From positions 152,830,001-152,894,000 of the forward strand of contig CM075978.1 in the NCBI GenBank assembly GCA_038087875.1: DNA of 64,000 nucleotides. The letters are read 5' to 3'. The notes under the pieces are model-generated. The model did not search any database and was not told the DNA's origin. It was given only the letters and a program-made list of their open reading frames with translations. Shown here piece by piece: positions 37,907 through 51,213 of this stretch (positions within the stretch are counted from its first letter, which is position 1; every line of letters begins with the position of its first letter). A program made the position numbers and the translations under genes. This DNA comes from Malacoraja senta. Its lineage: Eukaryota.

Positions 37907-40051
37907 TCTATATTTAAAACTCTGTGTGTGTGTGTGTGTGTGTCTGCTTGACTTGTGCCAGCCAGCAGCCTTTGATTCCTCGCTACGCCAACACCGCACG
38001 CAGAAACGCCTAGATTTTTTTTCCATTTCGTTAGAGATTTCACTTTTCTTTACGAGTAGCCGCTCCTGATTAAATTTCGTCGTGTTTATGTACACGTTTT
38101 TAATAAAATCCTTCTCCCCCCCCCCCCCACCCCCAAAATTTCAAAATGTTTTTTTTTAAACTCTCAGCCATAGAATGTTAAAGGTTCCGTCATGTGATGT
38201 CACAATTCCCAATGCTCACAGTTGTCAAATCGGAATGGATCCATTTACATATGGCTTTGCAGCAGCCCCCAGCCCCAGCCCCTCCCCCCACCCCTGCAGC
38301 CTGTGTCGAAGCGCGTCATCACGTATGTGGTAATAGAGGAAAGAGGAATAGGGGTGATAGGGAATGGGGAACAGATGGACTGTCCCTACCCCTCCCCCTT
38401 CCTCCTCCCTCCCCACTATTTCCCTCTCTCACCCCATCCCTCTCACCCCACCACTCTCCCCCTCCCTCCACACTCTTCCCCCTCCCTCCCCTACCCCATC
38501 TCCCTAATCCCCTCCCTCCCCCATCCCCCCCCTCCCCCACATCTCTCTCCCCTCCCCCATCCCTCTCTCCTCCCGTCCCCCTTCCCTCCCCCCGCCCCCA
38601 TCCCCCTACCCCTCTGTCCCTCTTCCACCACTCCCCCTCCCCCTCCCTCCCCACTCTTCCACTTTTCTCTCCCCGTACCACACCCCTCTCCCTCCCTCCC
38701 CCACCCCTCTCTCTCTCCCCCTCCCTTCCCCTCTCTCCCCCACCCCTTCCCCATCCCTGTCCCCTCTTCCACCACTCCTCCTGTCCCTCTTCCACCACTC
38801 CCCCTACCCCTCCCCCCTCCCCTCCCTCCCCACTCTTCCACTTATCTCCCCCTCCCCCTCCCACTCTCCCTCCCCACTCTTCCACTCTCTCCCCCACCCC
38901 ACTCCCCTCCCTCCACTCTTCTCACTCCCTCTCCTACCCCATCTCCCTCCTCCCCTCCTCCCCATCCCTCCTCCCCTCCCCCACACCTCTCTCCCCCTCC
39001 CCATCCCCCTCCTCCCGCCCCCCACCCCTCTCTCCTCCCCCTCTCCATCTCCCTCTCCTCACCCCTCTCCCTCTCCTCCCCCTCTCTCCCCCCCACCCCC
39101 CTTCTCCTCCACACCTCCCCTCCCTCCACACTCTTCCCCCTCCCTCCCCTAACCCATCTCCCTAATCCCCTGCCTCCCCCATCCCTCCCCCCTCCCCCAC
39201 ACCTCTCCCCCTCCCCATCCCTCTCTCCTCCCGTCCCCCTTCCCTCTCTCCCCCTCCCCCCTACCCCTCTGTCCTTCATCCACCACTCCCCCTACCCCTC
39301 CCTCCCCACTCTTCCACTTCTCTCCCCCTTATCCCACCCCTCTCTCTCTCCCCCTCCCTTCCCCTTCCCTCCCCTCTCTCCCCCCACCCCTTGGATGGGG
39401 GAGGGGGAGAGAGGTGTGGGGGAGGGGGGAGGGAGGGGATTAGGGAGATGGGGTAGGGGAGGGAGGGGGAAGAGTGTGGAGGGAGAAAGAGGAGAGACCT
39501 AAGAAGAAATAACTGAATATGACGAGGAACAACGAGAAAAAAAAAAGCACACACATGGAGCAAGAGACACAACAAAAATGAAAATAACTGAATACATTTT
39601 ATCTTACCATTCAAAGTGTTGTATTTTAAGTTATTTACATTTTAAGATTTAATAAATCACTTTTCCACTTGCAGCGCCTGTCAGCCGCTATCTCTCTGCT
39701 CTCTCTCTCTTTGATCTTTATCTTTTTCTCTGCTCTCTCTCTCTCTTCCACTCTGTCTGTGCACACTCTCTCTGCCCCCCTCCCCCCCTCTAGACGCACC
39801 TGAGAGGTGAGGGCTATTCGTCAGTGGATAGGGTGGAGATGGGATAAAAGAAGCCAATTAATAAAATTGAGATAATATCAAGGGGTGTGATGAGTGTGTG
39901 TGTTTGTGGGTGCAAGATTCCAACCCCGCAACAGTGCTTTGGAGGAACAGACCCAACGGCGGGGGGGGGGGGGGTTGGTTAGTGTGACGCCGCAGCCCCC
40001 CCGCAAACGCGCGTTGGGGAGACAGACCCAACGGGTCTGCACTTGGTCTAG
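37907..40051 (+). mobile_element. Non-autonomous Helitron-like element
   Basis: Starts a|TCTATATTTAAAA. Ends with hairpin cagaccc-aac-gggtctg (40023-40039), 12 nt before the end at CTAG|t. No TSD. Confidence 0.72.
38380..39495. repeat. Roughly 1-kb C/T-rich low-complexity tract followed by a ~100-bp inverted G-rich copy
   Basis: Pyrimidine-dominated, with an internal duplication (about 38460-38670 vs 39118-39330). 39393-39485 is the reverse complement of the ctccacactcttccccc...ccatccc module. Confidence 0.9.
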
Positions 40052-40374
40052 TATAGATATAAAAATATCAGATTGTAACCATGATAATATTGCATACGCT
40101 GATTATATTTTTGTATTTTATTAAAGATTTAACTATACGTGCCAGAGTTCCACGCGCTTAAAAAAAACTATTTGGAAGCATGTAAGAAATTCTTTGGGGC
40201 TGTCCTGTTATTTTAGGCTTTTGAGAGATTTTTTTGCAATTTTAGTGATATTTGGATTTTTTTTCAAACTGCTAATGCGAGATATCTAATAAAGGTTGTC
40301 CACTCTCTATAACCACACTAAGTATCAATGACTAAGCATTTTTGTTCGTGAAGATATCTTTAGTTTAGTTGATT

Positions 40375-41625
40375 TAGTTAAGTTTATTAATGTCACGTGT
40401 ATCGAGGTCCAGTGAAAAGCTTTTGTTGCATGCTATCCAGTCAAAGAATAGGTTATACATGGTAACAATCAAGGAGTCCACAGTATACAGATAGAGGGTA
40501 CAACATTTAATGCAAGATAGAGTTGGATTAAAGATGGTTCAAAGGTAGGTGGAAGGTTAGGACCGCACTCTAGCTGGTGAGAGGACTTTTTAGCTGCCTA
40601 ATAACAGCTGGGAATAAACTGAGGTTAGGACCGCACTCTAGCTGGTGAGAGGACTTTTTAGCTGCCTAATAACAGCTGGGAATAAACTGTCCCTGAATCT
40701 GAAGGTGTGTGTTTTCAAACCTGTACCTCTTGCCTGATTGAAGAGGGGAGAAGAGGGTGTGGCCAGGGTAAGAGTGGTTTTGATTATGCTGCTGGCCTTG
40801 CAGCGGCAGCATGGAGTAGATAGAATCCATGGAAGGAGGTTCCTTTGCGTGATGGTCTGGGTTACGTCCACAACTCTGCAATTTCTTGAGGTCTTGGATG
40901 GAGCTGTTCCCAAACCATCCTGTGATACGTCCAAGTAAAATGCTTTCTATGGCGCATCTGTGGACGTTAGTGAGCGTTGTTGTTGGGGGAAATGCCGATC
41001 TTCCTTGGCCGTCTGAGGAGGTTATGGTGTAGTGTGCTTTCTTGGTCATAGCTTCGATATTGCTTGTCCAGGACAAATTGCTGGTGATATTTATTTTACT
41101 TAAAGCTTTCAACCATCTCTACTTCGGGACAGTCAATGTGTACTAGGGTTTGTGTACTGCCTCACTTATGAAGTCAATCACTATCTCCTTTGTCTTGCTG
41201 ACATTGAGGGAGAGGCGTTGTTGTATTTGCACCAGGTTACGAGGTTCTCTATCTCCATCCTGTATTCCGTCTTGTCATTATTTAATATCCGGCCCACTAT
41301 GGTGGTGTCATCTGTGAACTTGTAGATTGGGTTGGGTTGGCATTTGGCTGCACAGTCATGAGTGTATAAGGAGTGTAATAGGGGGCTGAGAACGCATCCT
41401 TGCGGGGCACCAGTATTATTGTAGAGGATGATTTGTCAACTATCCTCATTGATTGTGGTTTGTTGGTCAGGAAGTCGAGAATCTGATTGCAGAGGGGAGT
41501 GCTGAATCCAAGTTCCACGAGTTGGAGATGAGTTTGTTTGGGATGATGGTATTGAAAGCAGAGCTGTAGTCGATGAATAGAAATCTGATGTGGGTGTCCT
41601 CCTTATCCAGGTGTTCCAGGGATGA
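40375..41625 (-). mobile_element. Degenerate Rex/Babar-like LINE 3' portion
   Basis: [35 protein letters not shown]. Microsatellite-like tail. Confidence 0.8.
40554..40689 (+). repeat. Exact 68-bp tandem duplication inside the LINE 3' region
   Basis: aggttaggaccgcactctagctggtgagaggactttttagctgcctaataacagctgggaataaactg occurs twice. Confidence 0.9.
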
Positions 41626-42729
41626 GTGTAGGTGTGTTTCTTCATAGGTAATATTTGATGAATAATCCAATCAATTATAAAAATCGCGATGTGCTAATTT
41701 TTTTGGCCATATCTGTGTAAATGTTGATGTATTTCTGTAAGATTATGATAAGTGAAATGAGTCATAGTTATACAGCATGAACAAGGGCCAATTGAGGAGC
41801 CTTTCTAAGCTGGCCCCTTTAAGCTGGCCCATACCCCACTAAATCATTCCCATGTAAGTACTTATCCATCGGTATTTTAAATATTGTTTTTATTGTATCT
41901 TCCCCTTTGTGTGGAAAATACTGTCTCTCGGGTCTAAATCTTTCCCTAAACCTATGTCCTCTATTTTTAACTCTGGGGAAAAAGACAATGACCATCCAAC
42001 TTACCTCAGTCCCTTATGATTTTATATAGCTCTATATGGTTACCCCTTTGCCCCTTAAGTAAACAATCCTAGCCTATCGAGTTTATCCTTATAACCTAAG
42101 CTCTGCAGTTCCAGCTACATCCGTGTGAATCTTTTCTCCATGTTCTCTACCTTGATTACATCCTTCCGTGGTGTGATGATCAGAGCTACAGTACTCGGTG
42201 TGGTATCACCAACGCCTTGTACACCTGCAACATGCCAACTAGCTCCAGCATTGAATGCACCAACCAACAAAGGCAAGGATGTGGTGTACCATCTTCAGGG
42301 AATTACGTACTTGTACTCCTAGGACTTTGCTCTACACCACACTGTGAATGGCAGAGCCCTGGGTAGTATGTCCTCCCCTGGGTTAACTTCTCAAAATGCA
42401 TCAGTTTACACATTCCATCACCAATCATGTGCCGACTGCCAGTATCTAGATCCTGTTGTATCCTGAGACAACCTTCATCAATATCTACTATATCACCACT
42501 TTTGGTATCAATCATTCCACTTATATTCTCATCCATATCATTAATACATGAGATTCAAGATTTATCCTTAAAGAAAAGATATCAGCTGAATGTGTATTCC
42601 TAGAAGTCTGCAGAGGTTATCCCGACATGGTCACAGTGGCACACCACCTTTGACCACCACCTACCTCTAGGTTTAGTGTTGTTCAGTGGCCGATGAAGTT
42701 TGAAAATTTGAAAATTCCCTTTACGACTA

Positions 42730-43645
42730 TAGATGAGGCTCTCACCAGGGTCTCCTCTATATCCCGCAGCTCCGCTCTCACTCCCCATCCCCCCACTCGT
42801 AACAAGGGATGAGCCCCCTTGTCCTCACCTTCCACCCCACCAACCGTCACATACAACAGATAATCCTCCGACATTTACGCCACCTCCAACGGGATCCCAC
42901 CACCGGCCACATCTTCCCATCTCCTCCTCTTTCGGCTTTCCTCAGAGACCGCTCCCTCCTTAACTCCCTGGTCAATTCGTCCCTTCCCACCCAAAGCACC
43001 CCCTCCCCTGGTACTTTCACTTGCAACTGCAGGAAATGCTACAATTGTCACTTTACCTCCCCCCTCAACTCCATCCAAGGACCCAAGCAGTCTTTCCAGG
43101 TGAGGCAGAGGTTCACCTGCACCTCCTCCAACCTCATCTATTGCATCCGCTGCTCTAGCTGTCAGCTGCTCTGCATCGGCGAGTCCAAGCGCAGGCTTGG
43201 CGATCGCTTCGCCCAACATCTCTGCTCGGTTCGCATTAACCAACCTGATCTCCCGGTGGCTCAGCACTTCAACTCCCCCTCCCATTCCGAATCCGACCTT
43301 TCTGTCCTGGGCCTCCTCCATGGCCAGAGTGAGTCCCACCGTAAATTGGAGGAGCAGCACCTCCTATTTCGCTTGGGCAGTTTACACCCCAGCGGTATGA
43401 ACATTGACTTCTGCAATTTCAGGTCGTCCTTGCCTTCCCCTCCCCTACCCAGCTCTCCCACAGCCTACTGTCTCCGCCTTTTCCTTTTTTCTTTCCGCCC
43501 CCCACCCCCACATCAGTCTGAAGAAGGCTCTCGACCCGAAACGTCACCTATTCCTTCGCTCCATAGATGCTGCCTCACCCGCTGAGTTTCTCCAGCATTT
43601 TTGTCTACCTTCGATTTTCCAGCATCTGCAGTTCCTTCTTAAACA
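42730..43645 (+). mobile_element. 5'-truncated Penelope-like element with GIY-YIG endonuclease and a terminal pseudo-LTR carrying a hammerhead motif
   Basis: PLVLTFHP, CxCxxCxxC linker, FTCTSSNLIYCIRC...LCIGESKRRLGDRFAQH...PVAQHF...GMN (GIY-YIG, with YIG changed to CIG). Followed by the hammerhead core at 43518-43545. Confidence 0.9.
43518..43545 (+). ncRNA. Minimal type I hammerhead ribozyme core motif (putative)
   Basis: CTGAAGA-A-GGCTC-TC-GACCC-GAAA-CG-TC. Conserved CUGANGA and GAAA boxes, imperfect stem II, palindromic ACGT stem III, GUC cleavage triplet. Confidence 0.65.
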
Positions 43646-44299
43646 TTTTCTGCACATCGTAACTGTTTATCGTGAACTTGTCATATAAACAACTCTAAAA
43701 TAGCAATTTAACATTCTGATCCAAACCCTGTAAATAAATCTTTTTGTTTTCAGTATATATTTGGATTGAATCAACATTCATGGATTGATGGACAGTTGGA
43801 ACATTAAAACCTGTTTTCCAACAGAACACCTTCTTGCTTGCATTTCACACTTGTCAACTATTATTATTTTACTTTCAGAACTGCTTTGCAAAGTTTAATT
43901 ACTGATTAATTATAAATAATTGCACCTTACAGTCATTATATCATAAACTTTATGAAGTAGTAATTCCATTAAAAAAAATATTCTGCAGAGTTTAGTTTGC
44001 ACTGTCAAGCTTCACCAGTCTGTTATTTGACTGAGTTTGCAGCAATAGCACTAAATAACTGGGATTTATTGTTATTACTGCATGTAACTGGGGAAAACAA
44101 TTGGGATTTCCATGCACGAGTTATTGAGCTCTGGAATGCCAAAGTTACTGCCTAGGGGTGCAGCGAACAATCTCAGTATGTTTGCAGCCTCCTTCACCAG
44201 CAGAACTGAGGGAAATGACTTGAAGTAGCGTATTCTTCAAGTTTCGCATAATAATCATATTATCCAACATCATAAAAACCTTGTACATAATTCAGAGAT

Positions 44300-46533
44300 A
44301 ATAATAATAATAATATATTTTATTGTCATTGCACAGAGGTACAACGAGATTTGGTATACAGTTTCTATCCGATGTAATAACTTAATTAACTAAACATTTA
44401 GACACCCAGAGTAAAACAGTAAAACAGTATAAAGTACAAATAGGTGTGTGCCGGGTCGATGTGCGAGGTCAGCAGGGCCGGTTCAGAGCAGCTATAGCTC
44501 TGGGGATTAAGCTGTTCCTAAGTCTGGAGATGCGGGCGTAGAAGGCCTTGTAACGTCTGCCGGAAGGTAGGAGTTCGAACCGACTACTGCAAGGGTGTGA
44601 GGAGTCTTTGTGAATGCTGATGGCCTTCCTGAGGCACCGTGTATTGTAGATGCCCTCCAAGGCTGGTAGCTGTGTCCCAATTATCTTCTGAACTCTGTGG
44701 ACGACCCGCTGAAGAGCTCCCCTCTCCGCCTCTGTGCAGCTGAGATACCACACAGAGATGCCATACGTTAGGATGCTCTCTGTGGTACAGCGGTAGAAGG
44801 TTGTCAGCAGCTGTTGGGGCAGACCAGTCTTTTTCAGTGTTCTGAGGAAGAACAGTCGTTGCTGTGCCTTCTTGACCAGCGCAGCGGTGTTGGTGGACCA
44901 TGTGAGGTCCTCTGTAATGTGAGTGCCCAGAAACTTAAAGCTGGACACTCTCTCCACACTGTCCCCGTTGATAGAGATTGGAGCGTATTCCTCATTATGT
45001 GTCCTTCTGAAGTTGATAATCAGCTCCTTGGTCTTAGAGGTGTTTAGGGACAGGTAGTTACGTGAGCACCAGTCCGCCAGGTTCCGCACCTCCGCTCTGT
45101 AGTTTGTTTCATCACCGTCGGTGATCAGCCCGATCACCGTTGTGTTGTCTGCAAACTTGACGATGGTGTTGGTGTTGAATGCAGGAACACAGTCGTGTGT
45201 GAAGAGGCATGGGGCTCAGTACACAGCCCTGTGGTGTGCCGGTGCTCAGGGTGATAGTGGAGGACAGGTGCGGGCCCAGTCTCACTGCCTGCTCCGTCAG
45301 GAAATTCAGGATCCAGTCGCATATCGACGAGCTGAGGCCTAGCTGGTGGAGTTTGGTGGTGAGCTTGGTGGGGATGACCGTGTTGAAGGCAGAGCTGCAG
45401 TCTATGAAAAGCATCCTCACGTACGTGCCCTGTCTTTCCAGGTGAGTCAGGACAGTGTGAAGAGCCAGAGAGATGGCATCCTCTGTGGATCTATTTGCCC
45501 TGTATGCAAATTGATGTGAGTCCAGTGAGGCAGGGATGCTGGATTTGATGTGTGAGAGGACCAGCCTTTCAAAGCACTTCATGGTTATTGGTGTTAAGGC
45601 AACCGGACGGTAGTCGTTCAGGTTGGTGATTTTTGTCTTTTTCGGCACCGGCACTATGGTAGCTGACTTCAGGCACTTGGGGACCGTTGCCAGAGATAGA
45701 GGCAGGTTAAAGATCCTGGTGAATACCTCAGCCAGCTGTACAGCACACTCCTTAAGTACCCTTCCTTGGACCGTCCGGGCCTGCAGCCTTGTGTGGATTG
45801 ATCCTACGCAGAGCGCACTGTACATCCTGTGTGCTCAATGTTAAGCCCTGTCCCTCCGCCATGGCCGGGGTTATTCCACTCCTGGTGGTGTTGCCAGTTT
45901 TGAAGCGGGCAAAGAAGGTGTTTAGCTCGTTGGCCAATGTGATATCACTGTGGGGGCAGGCAGGGCTGCTCTTGTAGTCAGTGATGTCTCTGACACCCTG
46001 CCACATGCTTCTGGTGTCTGCGCTATTGAAGTGGTCTTCCACCCTTTGCCTGTGGATGTCTTGTGCCCTTTTTGTACCTTTGTTCAGGATTTGACCTGGC
46101 GGCACTGTATGCTGAAATGTCACCGGATTTAAAGGCATTGTTGCGTGCCCTTAGCGGATTCTGAACCTCCTTGTTCATCCACAGTTTCCGGTTTGGGAAC
46201 ATCTTTATTTGCTTGTCCACTGTGACAGACTCCACACAGCAGTTGATGTAGGAGAGCACAGTGGATGTGTACTCCTCCAAGTCTACCTCTGTACCACAGG
46301 TTGCCTGTTGTGCAAACAGGTCCCAGTCGGTGCGATCAAAGCAGTCCTGGAGTTGTAGGGTGGCGTCCTTGGGCCATATTTTGACCGTCTTTATTGCAGG
46401 TTTGGTCTTGCGGATGAGGGGTTTGTATGCAGGCAGCAGAAACAGTGAGAGGTGATCGGATTGTCCCAGGGATGGGCCGGGGAGAGCTCTGTATGCGTCC
46501 TTGGTGTTGGTGTACACTTTATCCAGCGTGTTT
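44300..46533 (-). mobile_element. Rex1/Babar-clade LINE, 5'-truncated and frameshifted (end of endonuclease, RT, C-terminal domain)
   Basis: [26 protein letters not shown]...[43 protein letters not shown]. (ATT)n tail after AATAAA. Confidence 0.88.
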
Positions 46534-46949
46534 GAGATCTGAGTGAATTTGTGACTGTACCAGGCCATGAGTACTGCAGTGGAAGCTATCTGGTCCAAAA
46601 CACCTGATGAGATATATGTGCATTATTTCTTTATCTGGATATTTACCTGGATATTTAAAACAAGTCATTAAAATTGATGTATGATTTCTGTTTGAATGTT
46701 TATTGTCATTGATCGCTTACTCAGCCTTGTGAAGACACAACTGGTGTAGGCTAGGTATAAACCGGACCTGATGGCCGATGGTCACAGATATCTGTAAAGA
46801 GGAAGTTTTCACCACATAGAAGCAGATGCCCTTAAATTGGATAAATCTCCAGACCCAGGCAGGGCGTATCCTGAGGGAAGTAAGGGAGGATTTTACGGAG
46901 GCCGTGCCCATCTTTCAAAGATCTCTATGTTCAGGAGTAGTGTCTTTAG

Positions 46950-47228
46950 AATTTAGAGATACAGTGTGGAAACAGGCCCTTCGGCCCACCGAGTCCTCAC
47001 CGATTGCCCCGTACACTCGTACTATCCTGCACTCACTAGGGACAATTTACAATTTTACAGAAGTTAATTAACCGACAAACCTAAACGTCTTTGGAGTATG
47101 GGAGGAAACCAGTGCACCCAGAGAAAACCCACGCAGTCATAGGGAGAATGTACCAACTCCACACCGTAGTCGGGATCGAACCCGGTTCTCTGGCGCTGTG
47201 AGGCAGCAACTCTATCACCATGCCACCT
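46950..47228 (-). mobile_element. V-SINE (HE1-like)
   Basis: Same family. Partial copies at about 21970-22060 (+), 22960-23090 (-) and 58805-58950 (-). Confidence 0.85.
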
Positions 47229-49574
47229 TGCCACCCACTCCACTCTGTGCCAAGGGCTGGATAACTGCAGACATTACACCCTTTGTCAGAAAAGGTTTGA
47301 GGGACAAACCCAGTAGCTGCTGAACAGAGTGTTGTGGAGATTGCTCCAGATACAAAAATCAAGGCAGTGTAAGCAGCTATTGGATGTGTGGATTGATCAG
47401 AGAGCCTGCATTAAATTGTTAAACAAACATTACTAACTTTTAGACAGTTTTCTTTAAGTAGCTGCAAGGATTGACACGTGAAATGTCGTCAATATGGACT
47501 TACCATAAGGTGTATGGGGGAAAAAAATGATATTGTCTGGTTGGGGTAAGGAATGCATTGCCAAGAGTAATAATGGAGGCAGATTTAAGAGGAACTTGGA
47601 TGGGTAACTGAGGGGAAATTTTGGCTGCAGGGCAACAGTGACAGGCATGGAACGAGCTAGATTGCCCTTCGTACAGCTGGTACAGGTTTAATGGATCAAT
47701 TGACCTTTCTTCCTTCCTCCTGTGAATTGCAGACATAAGATTTCTGTGAGCGTTATTTTTGCAGTATCAGCAGAAGTTGCCTGTGCTTTCACTGACAGCA
47801 GAGTCTGATTCCAATCAAATTCTTTGCTTGACTTCTACATGTAGTTGTCCAAATACAGTCACATTTCAAAGATCAATATTGTAATGAAATACTCTCGAAT
47901 ACTCTTAAATATACTTTTTTTTTTAAGATGAAGAGATACTAATAGCAATGATTTACATTCTGCAATCAGACCTTTATTATTCATGAGAAACAATATGGTA
48001 TATTTTATAAAATGAGTGAAAAGTGAATCCTATTCCTTGGTTAGTGCAATCTGTTAAAGTGCTGAAAATACCATTTGAACAATTTTAATTAATGAAACCA
48101 TATTGATAGATGGGTTTCAGATAGTTGAGGTTGATTTTATTCTACATTGTCATTGGGAGAAGATTTAAAACAGGCCATCCATTTTGTCTGAGGGTGAACG
48201 TGGAGTTGTGTGTAATTTACAAAAATCATCCCTCAAACACAAGTTAGTCTCTGCTGCTCTTGCTTAGACTTGACCTCCAATCATGGCCGATGTAAGTGTT
48301 CAACTTGAAGAATTGTAAACTACGATTTCCAATGAAGAGGCAGCTATTGTTTTTCAAATTTATAGTTTGTATTTCTATCATGTCAGGTTGGGGGGAGTCC
48401 CCCCCCCCCCCCCGCCATGGGTACCATGTAATCCCGTGCTACCTGCTCCATGGTCGGACAGTCGGCGACTAAACCATCTCCCCCACCTGGTTTGCCAGGT
48501 GAGGAGGAGGCTGTGGACCCCCAACAGGACCAAAAACAAGACCTGTCAAAGGGCGGATGAGCTTCTAGCGAGCCAACAGCCATCTGCACTTCAGTAGAAG
48601 TTGTGATCACTGTCGTATATAGCATTGTAAGGAATGATGGTAAAGCCAAGATCCTATACTTCCAGCGGCTGAAGTCCGCAGGAACTGGACAGAGATGTGT
48701 GGTGCGTCCGTCACCATTCCCATCGGAAACCAGCACCACTGTGTCGCTAATGTTTTCAACGATGATGAATAAACTTCTATTACTGTAGGATGTTGATGCA
48801 CAACATCTAACTTGTGATAATGGAAGATAACTGCATCTTGTGCAAATGAAGTCGGCATCACATACTTTGTTGTTGGATACAATAAATTGCATACTCTTTG
48901 AAGCCCCTGGTCTGCTGTAGATATTATTCTGGTTAGAGTTTTCCAGGAGTCTAAGCAGAGTCCAATTGTCACCCTCAAATTATAATAAGTTTGTGACGAG
49001 GATAATCTTCTGTACGGACTTTGGGCGAAGTCTCCATGCTTGCAAGTTAAAATCAGTGCAAAAATCCCTTGAGCATCAAACTTCAAAGCGGGTGGAGGAA
49101 GAAGGGAAGAGAAAGTAAGAATGGTGTGCGTATGGGCAAAAACAGACCGTCTTCAGCTGCAACATTGTGAGGTTTTGCAGGGCACAAAGCACAACAACAA
49201 CAGAGGTTTGAGCTTGGTGCTATTATCTTGTAAAAAGAAATGGGTGTCTCCAGCAGATGTTAATGAGATGTGCCAAGGCATGAAGATCTTTGGCATCCTG
49301 CGTGGTAATGATGGCGATCCTTCTTCATGAGCACAAAAGTTCTTGATGGGGAAGAGAGTTCTGAGAACATGGTGGTGGCGTCACTAATGTTTCATTGCGT
49401 GGAGCACAGGACATCACGGGACAGCCCATCACATCAGCCCACAATGTCTCTGCCAAATATGGAATGCAGCCTTTTTTTTTAAACATAACTAACTTTGTCG
49501 TCCACTTTTGTGTAGCTGGAAGTGAATGAAGACAGACCAATCAAATGCTGTACTCATACACTAAATGCAATACA

Positions 49575-49762
49575 AATCCTCAAGAAAGATTTTCCAGTCC
49601 ACCAAAGATCTAATTTTTCAGGGCATTGACAATGCTTCGTACAGCCGTGATGATCTTCTCATTTATTTCTGGATTTTGCATTGCAATGATCACTGTATTT
49701 TGGAGGGAATATTGAAATGGTTCCGCCATCACGGGGTAAAATTGAGAAGATCCAGATGTCGT
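49575..49762 (+). mobile_element. Highly decayed Ty3/Gypsy-like reverse transcriptase remnant
   Basis: IFQSTKDLIFQGIDNASYSRDDLLI...ILEGILKWFRHHGVKLRRSRC resembles Gypsy FQRxMDxILQG...YLDDILI...L+xxL.RLxxxG+KLxxxKC. Ends where a CR1 fragment begins. Confidence 0.5.
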
Positions 49763-50590
49763 CAGAGTCATAGAGTGATACAGTGTGGAAACAGGCCCTT
49801 CGGCCCAACTTGCCCACAGCAGCCAACATGTCCCAGCAACACTAGTCCGACCTGCCTGTATTTGGTCCATATTCCTCCAAACCTGTCCATGTCCTATCGA
49901 AGTACCAGTCTGTTTCTCAAATGTTGGGATAGTTGCCTCAATGACCTTGTTCCATACACCCACCACCCTTTGTGTGAAAAAGTTACCCCTCAGATTCCTA
50001 TTAATTTTTTTCCCCTTCACCTTAAACCTATGTCCTCTGGTCCACAATTCCCCCACTCTGGGCAAGAGACTCTGCATCTACCCAATCTATTCCTCTCATG
50101 ATTTTATACACCTCCATCTGATCAGCCCGCATCCACCTGCACCCCAAGGAATAGAGTCCCTGCCTATTTAACCTGTCCTGATAGCTCAGACCCTCCTGTC
50201 CCGGCAACATCCTCATAAACCTTCACACTGCTCAAGATAATGTATCTTGGAATTAAAATAAAAGCTAGTGATTTGCAAATGTAAAATGCTGGAATCCAAA
50301 ATAAAAACAGAAAGTGACAGAAATACTTAGCAGGTTACACATCATCAGTGGAAAGCTGTGGAAAAACAATTTGTGCTGAAAGATTTAAGTACTCAATGTT
50401 GAGAAAACAAGTTTGTTTTAAGTTGCTCGGATGGTCGGGCAATGTAGGAGAGGAACAAGATCCTATTGTAAGGTGAAGATATGGTTACAGTGATGAAGCC
50501 ATCTGGTTGATATACTGTTATTTGAATTTGTGGTTAATCACATCTCTTCCGAATTTGTGATATCTGTAACCATTTTTCATTTTATTCTAG

Positions 50591-50634
50591 ATTCAAAGAT
50601 GAAGATTTCCCCTCCATTATGTACGGAAAGACAG
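50591..50634 (+). CDS. SPIRE2: SPIRE2 coding exon 2 (D-SKMKISPPLCTERQ)
   Basis: Pyrimidine tract plus ttctag| and ACAG|gtatgt. 44 nt, phase 1 to 0, in frame with exon 1. Size and xExQ ending fit human exon 2 as I recall it. Confidence 0.8.
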
Positions 50635-51213
50635 GTATGTACCTATCAATAACTGCATCGGACAGTGTATCTTACCTGTTAGTCATTTGGCAAAATGTTC
50701 TACTTTACAATTGTCATTTGGAATTGATGGAAATTAAACAGTACAGTTTGATAGTTTCTCCTCAATTGATGAGATTTAAGACATTAGCATTTGACTCATA
50801 ATTAATAAAAAATATCCCATCTGAAGGGTTTGGGAAGACAGTTGTGTTTTTGGTATTTTGCTATACGCTCCCCATCTCCTCTCCCCAAAATATTGATTTC
50901 TGCATGGTTCCGTGGACACATGCTAATTTCCAATACCTTGAACGATTGTGTGTGAGCTCAAACACTATTTGAGTAGGATATCATTTCACTTCCTGATATC
51001 CATAAGGGTTCATGTGCAGACAGAAGTTCTGAAGTGTGTCATTGGTACCACCGGTCCTATTTATTAATATCATCATATTAGTATCAGGAACTCAACCCTT
51101 TTAATCGATACCAATCTGAACTATGTACACTAATACCTGGCCACTGGAGGAAGCTAGCCCTGTCGCTAACAATCTATATTCTGAATCTGGAGCAGAAGCA
51201 CATCAGCCATATA

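Noticed and set aside
38194-39502. Proline-rich and glycine-rich ORFs resembling extensin or formin FH1
   Set aside because: They come from a low-complexity C/T tract inside a Helitron-like element and are open in many frames, with no splice or domain support.
42809-43585. 258-aa ORF as a functional host GIY-YIG nuclease
   Set aside because: It is a truncated PLE fragment. The YIG tyrosine is replaced by Cys and the ORF reads through into the pseudo-LTR.
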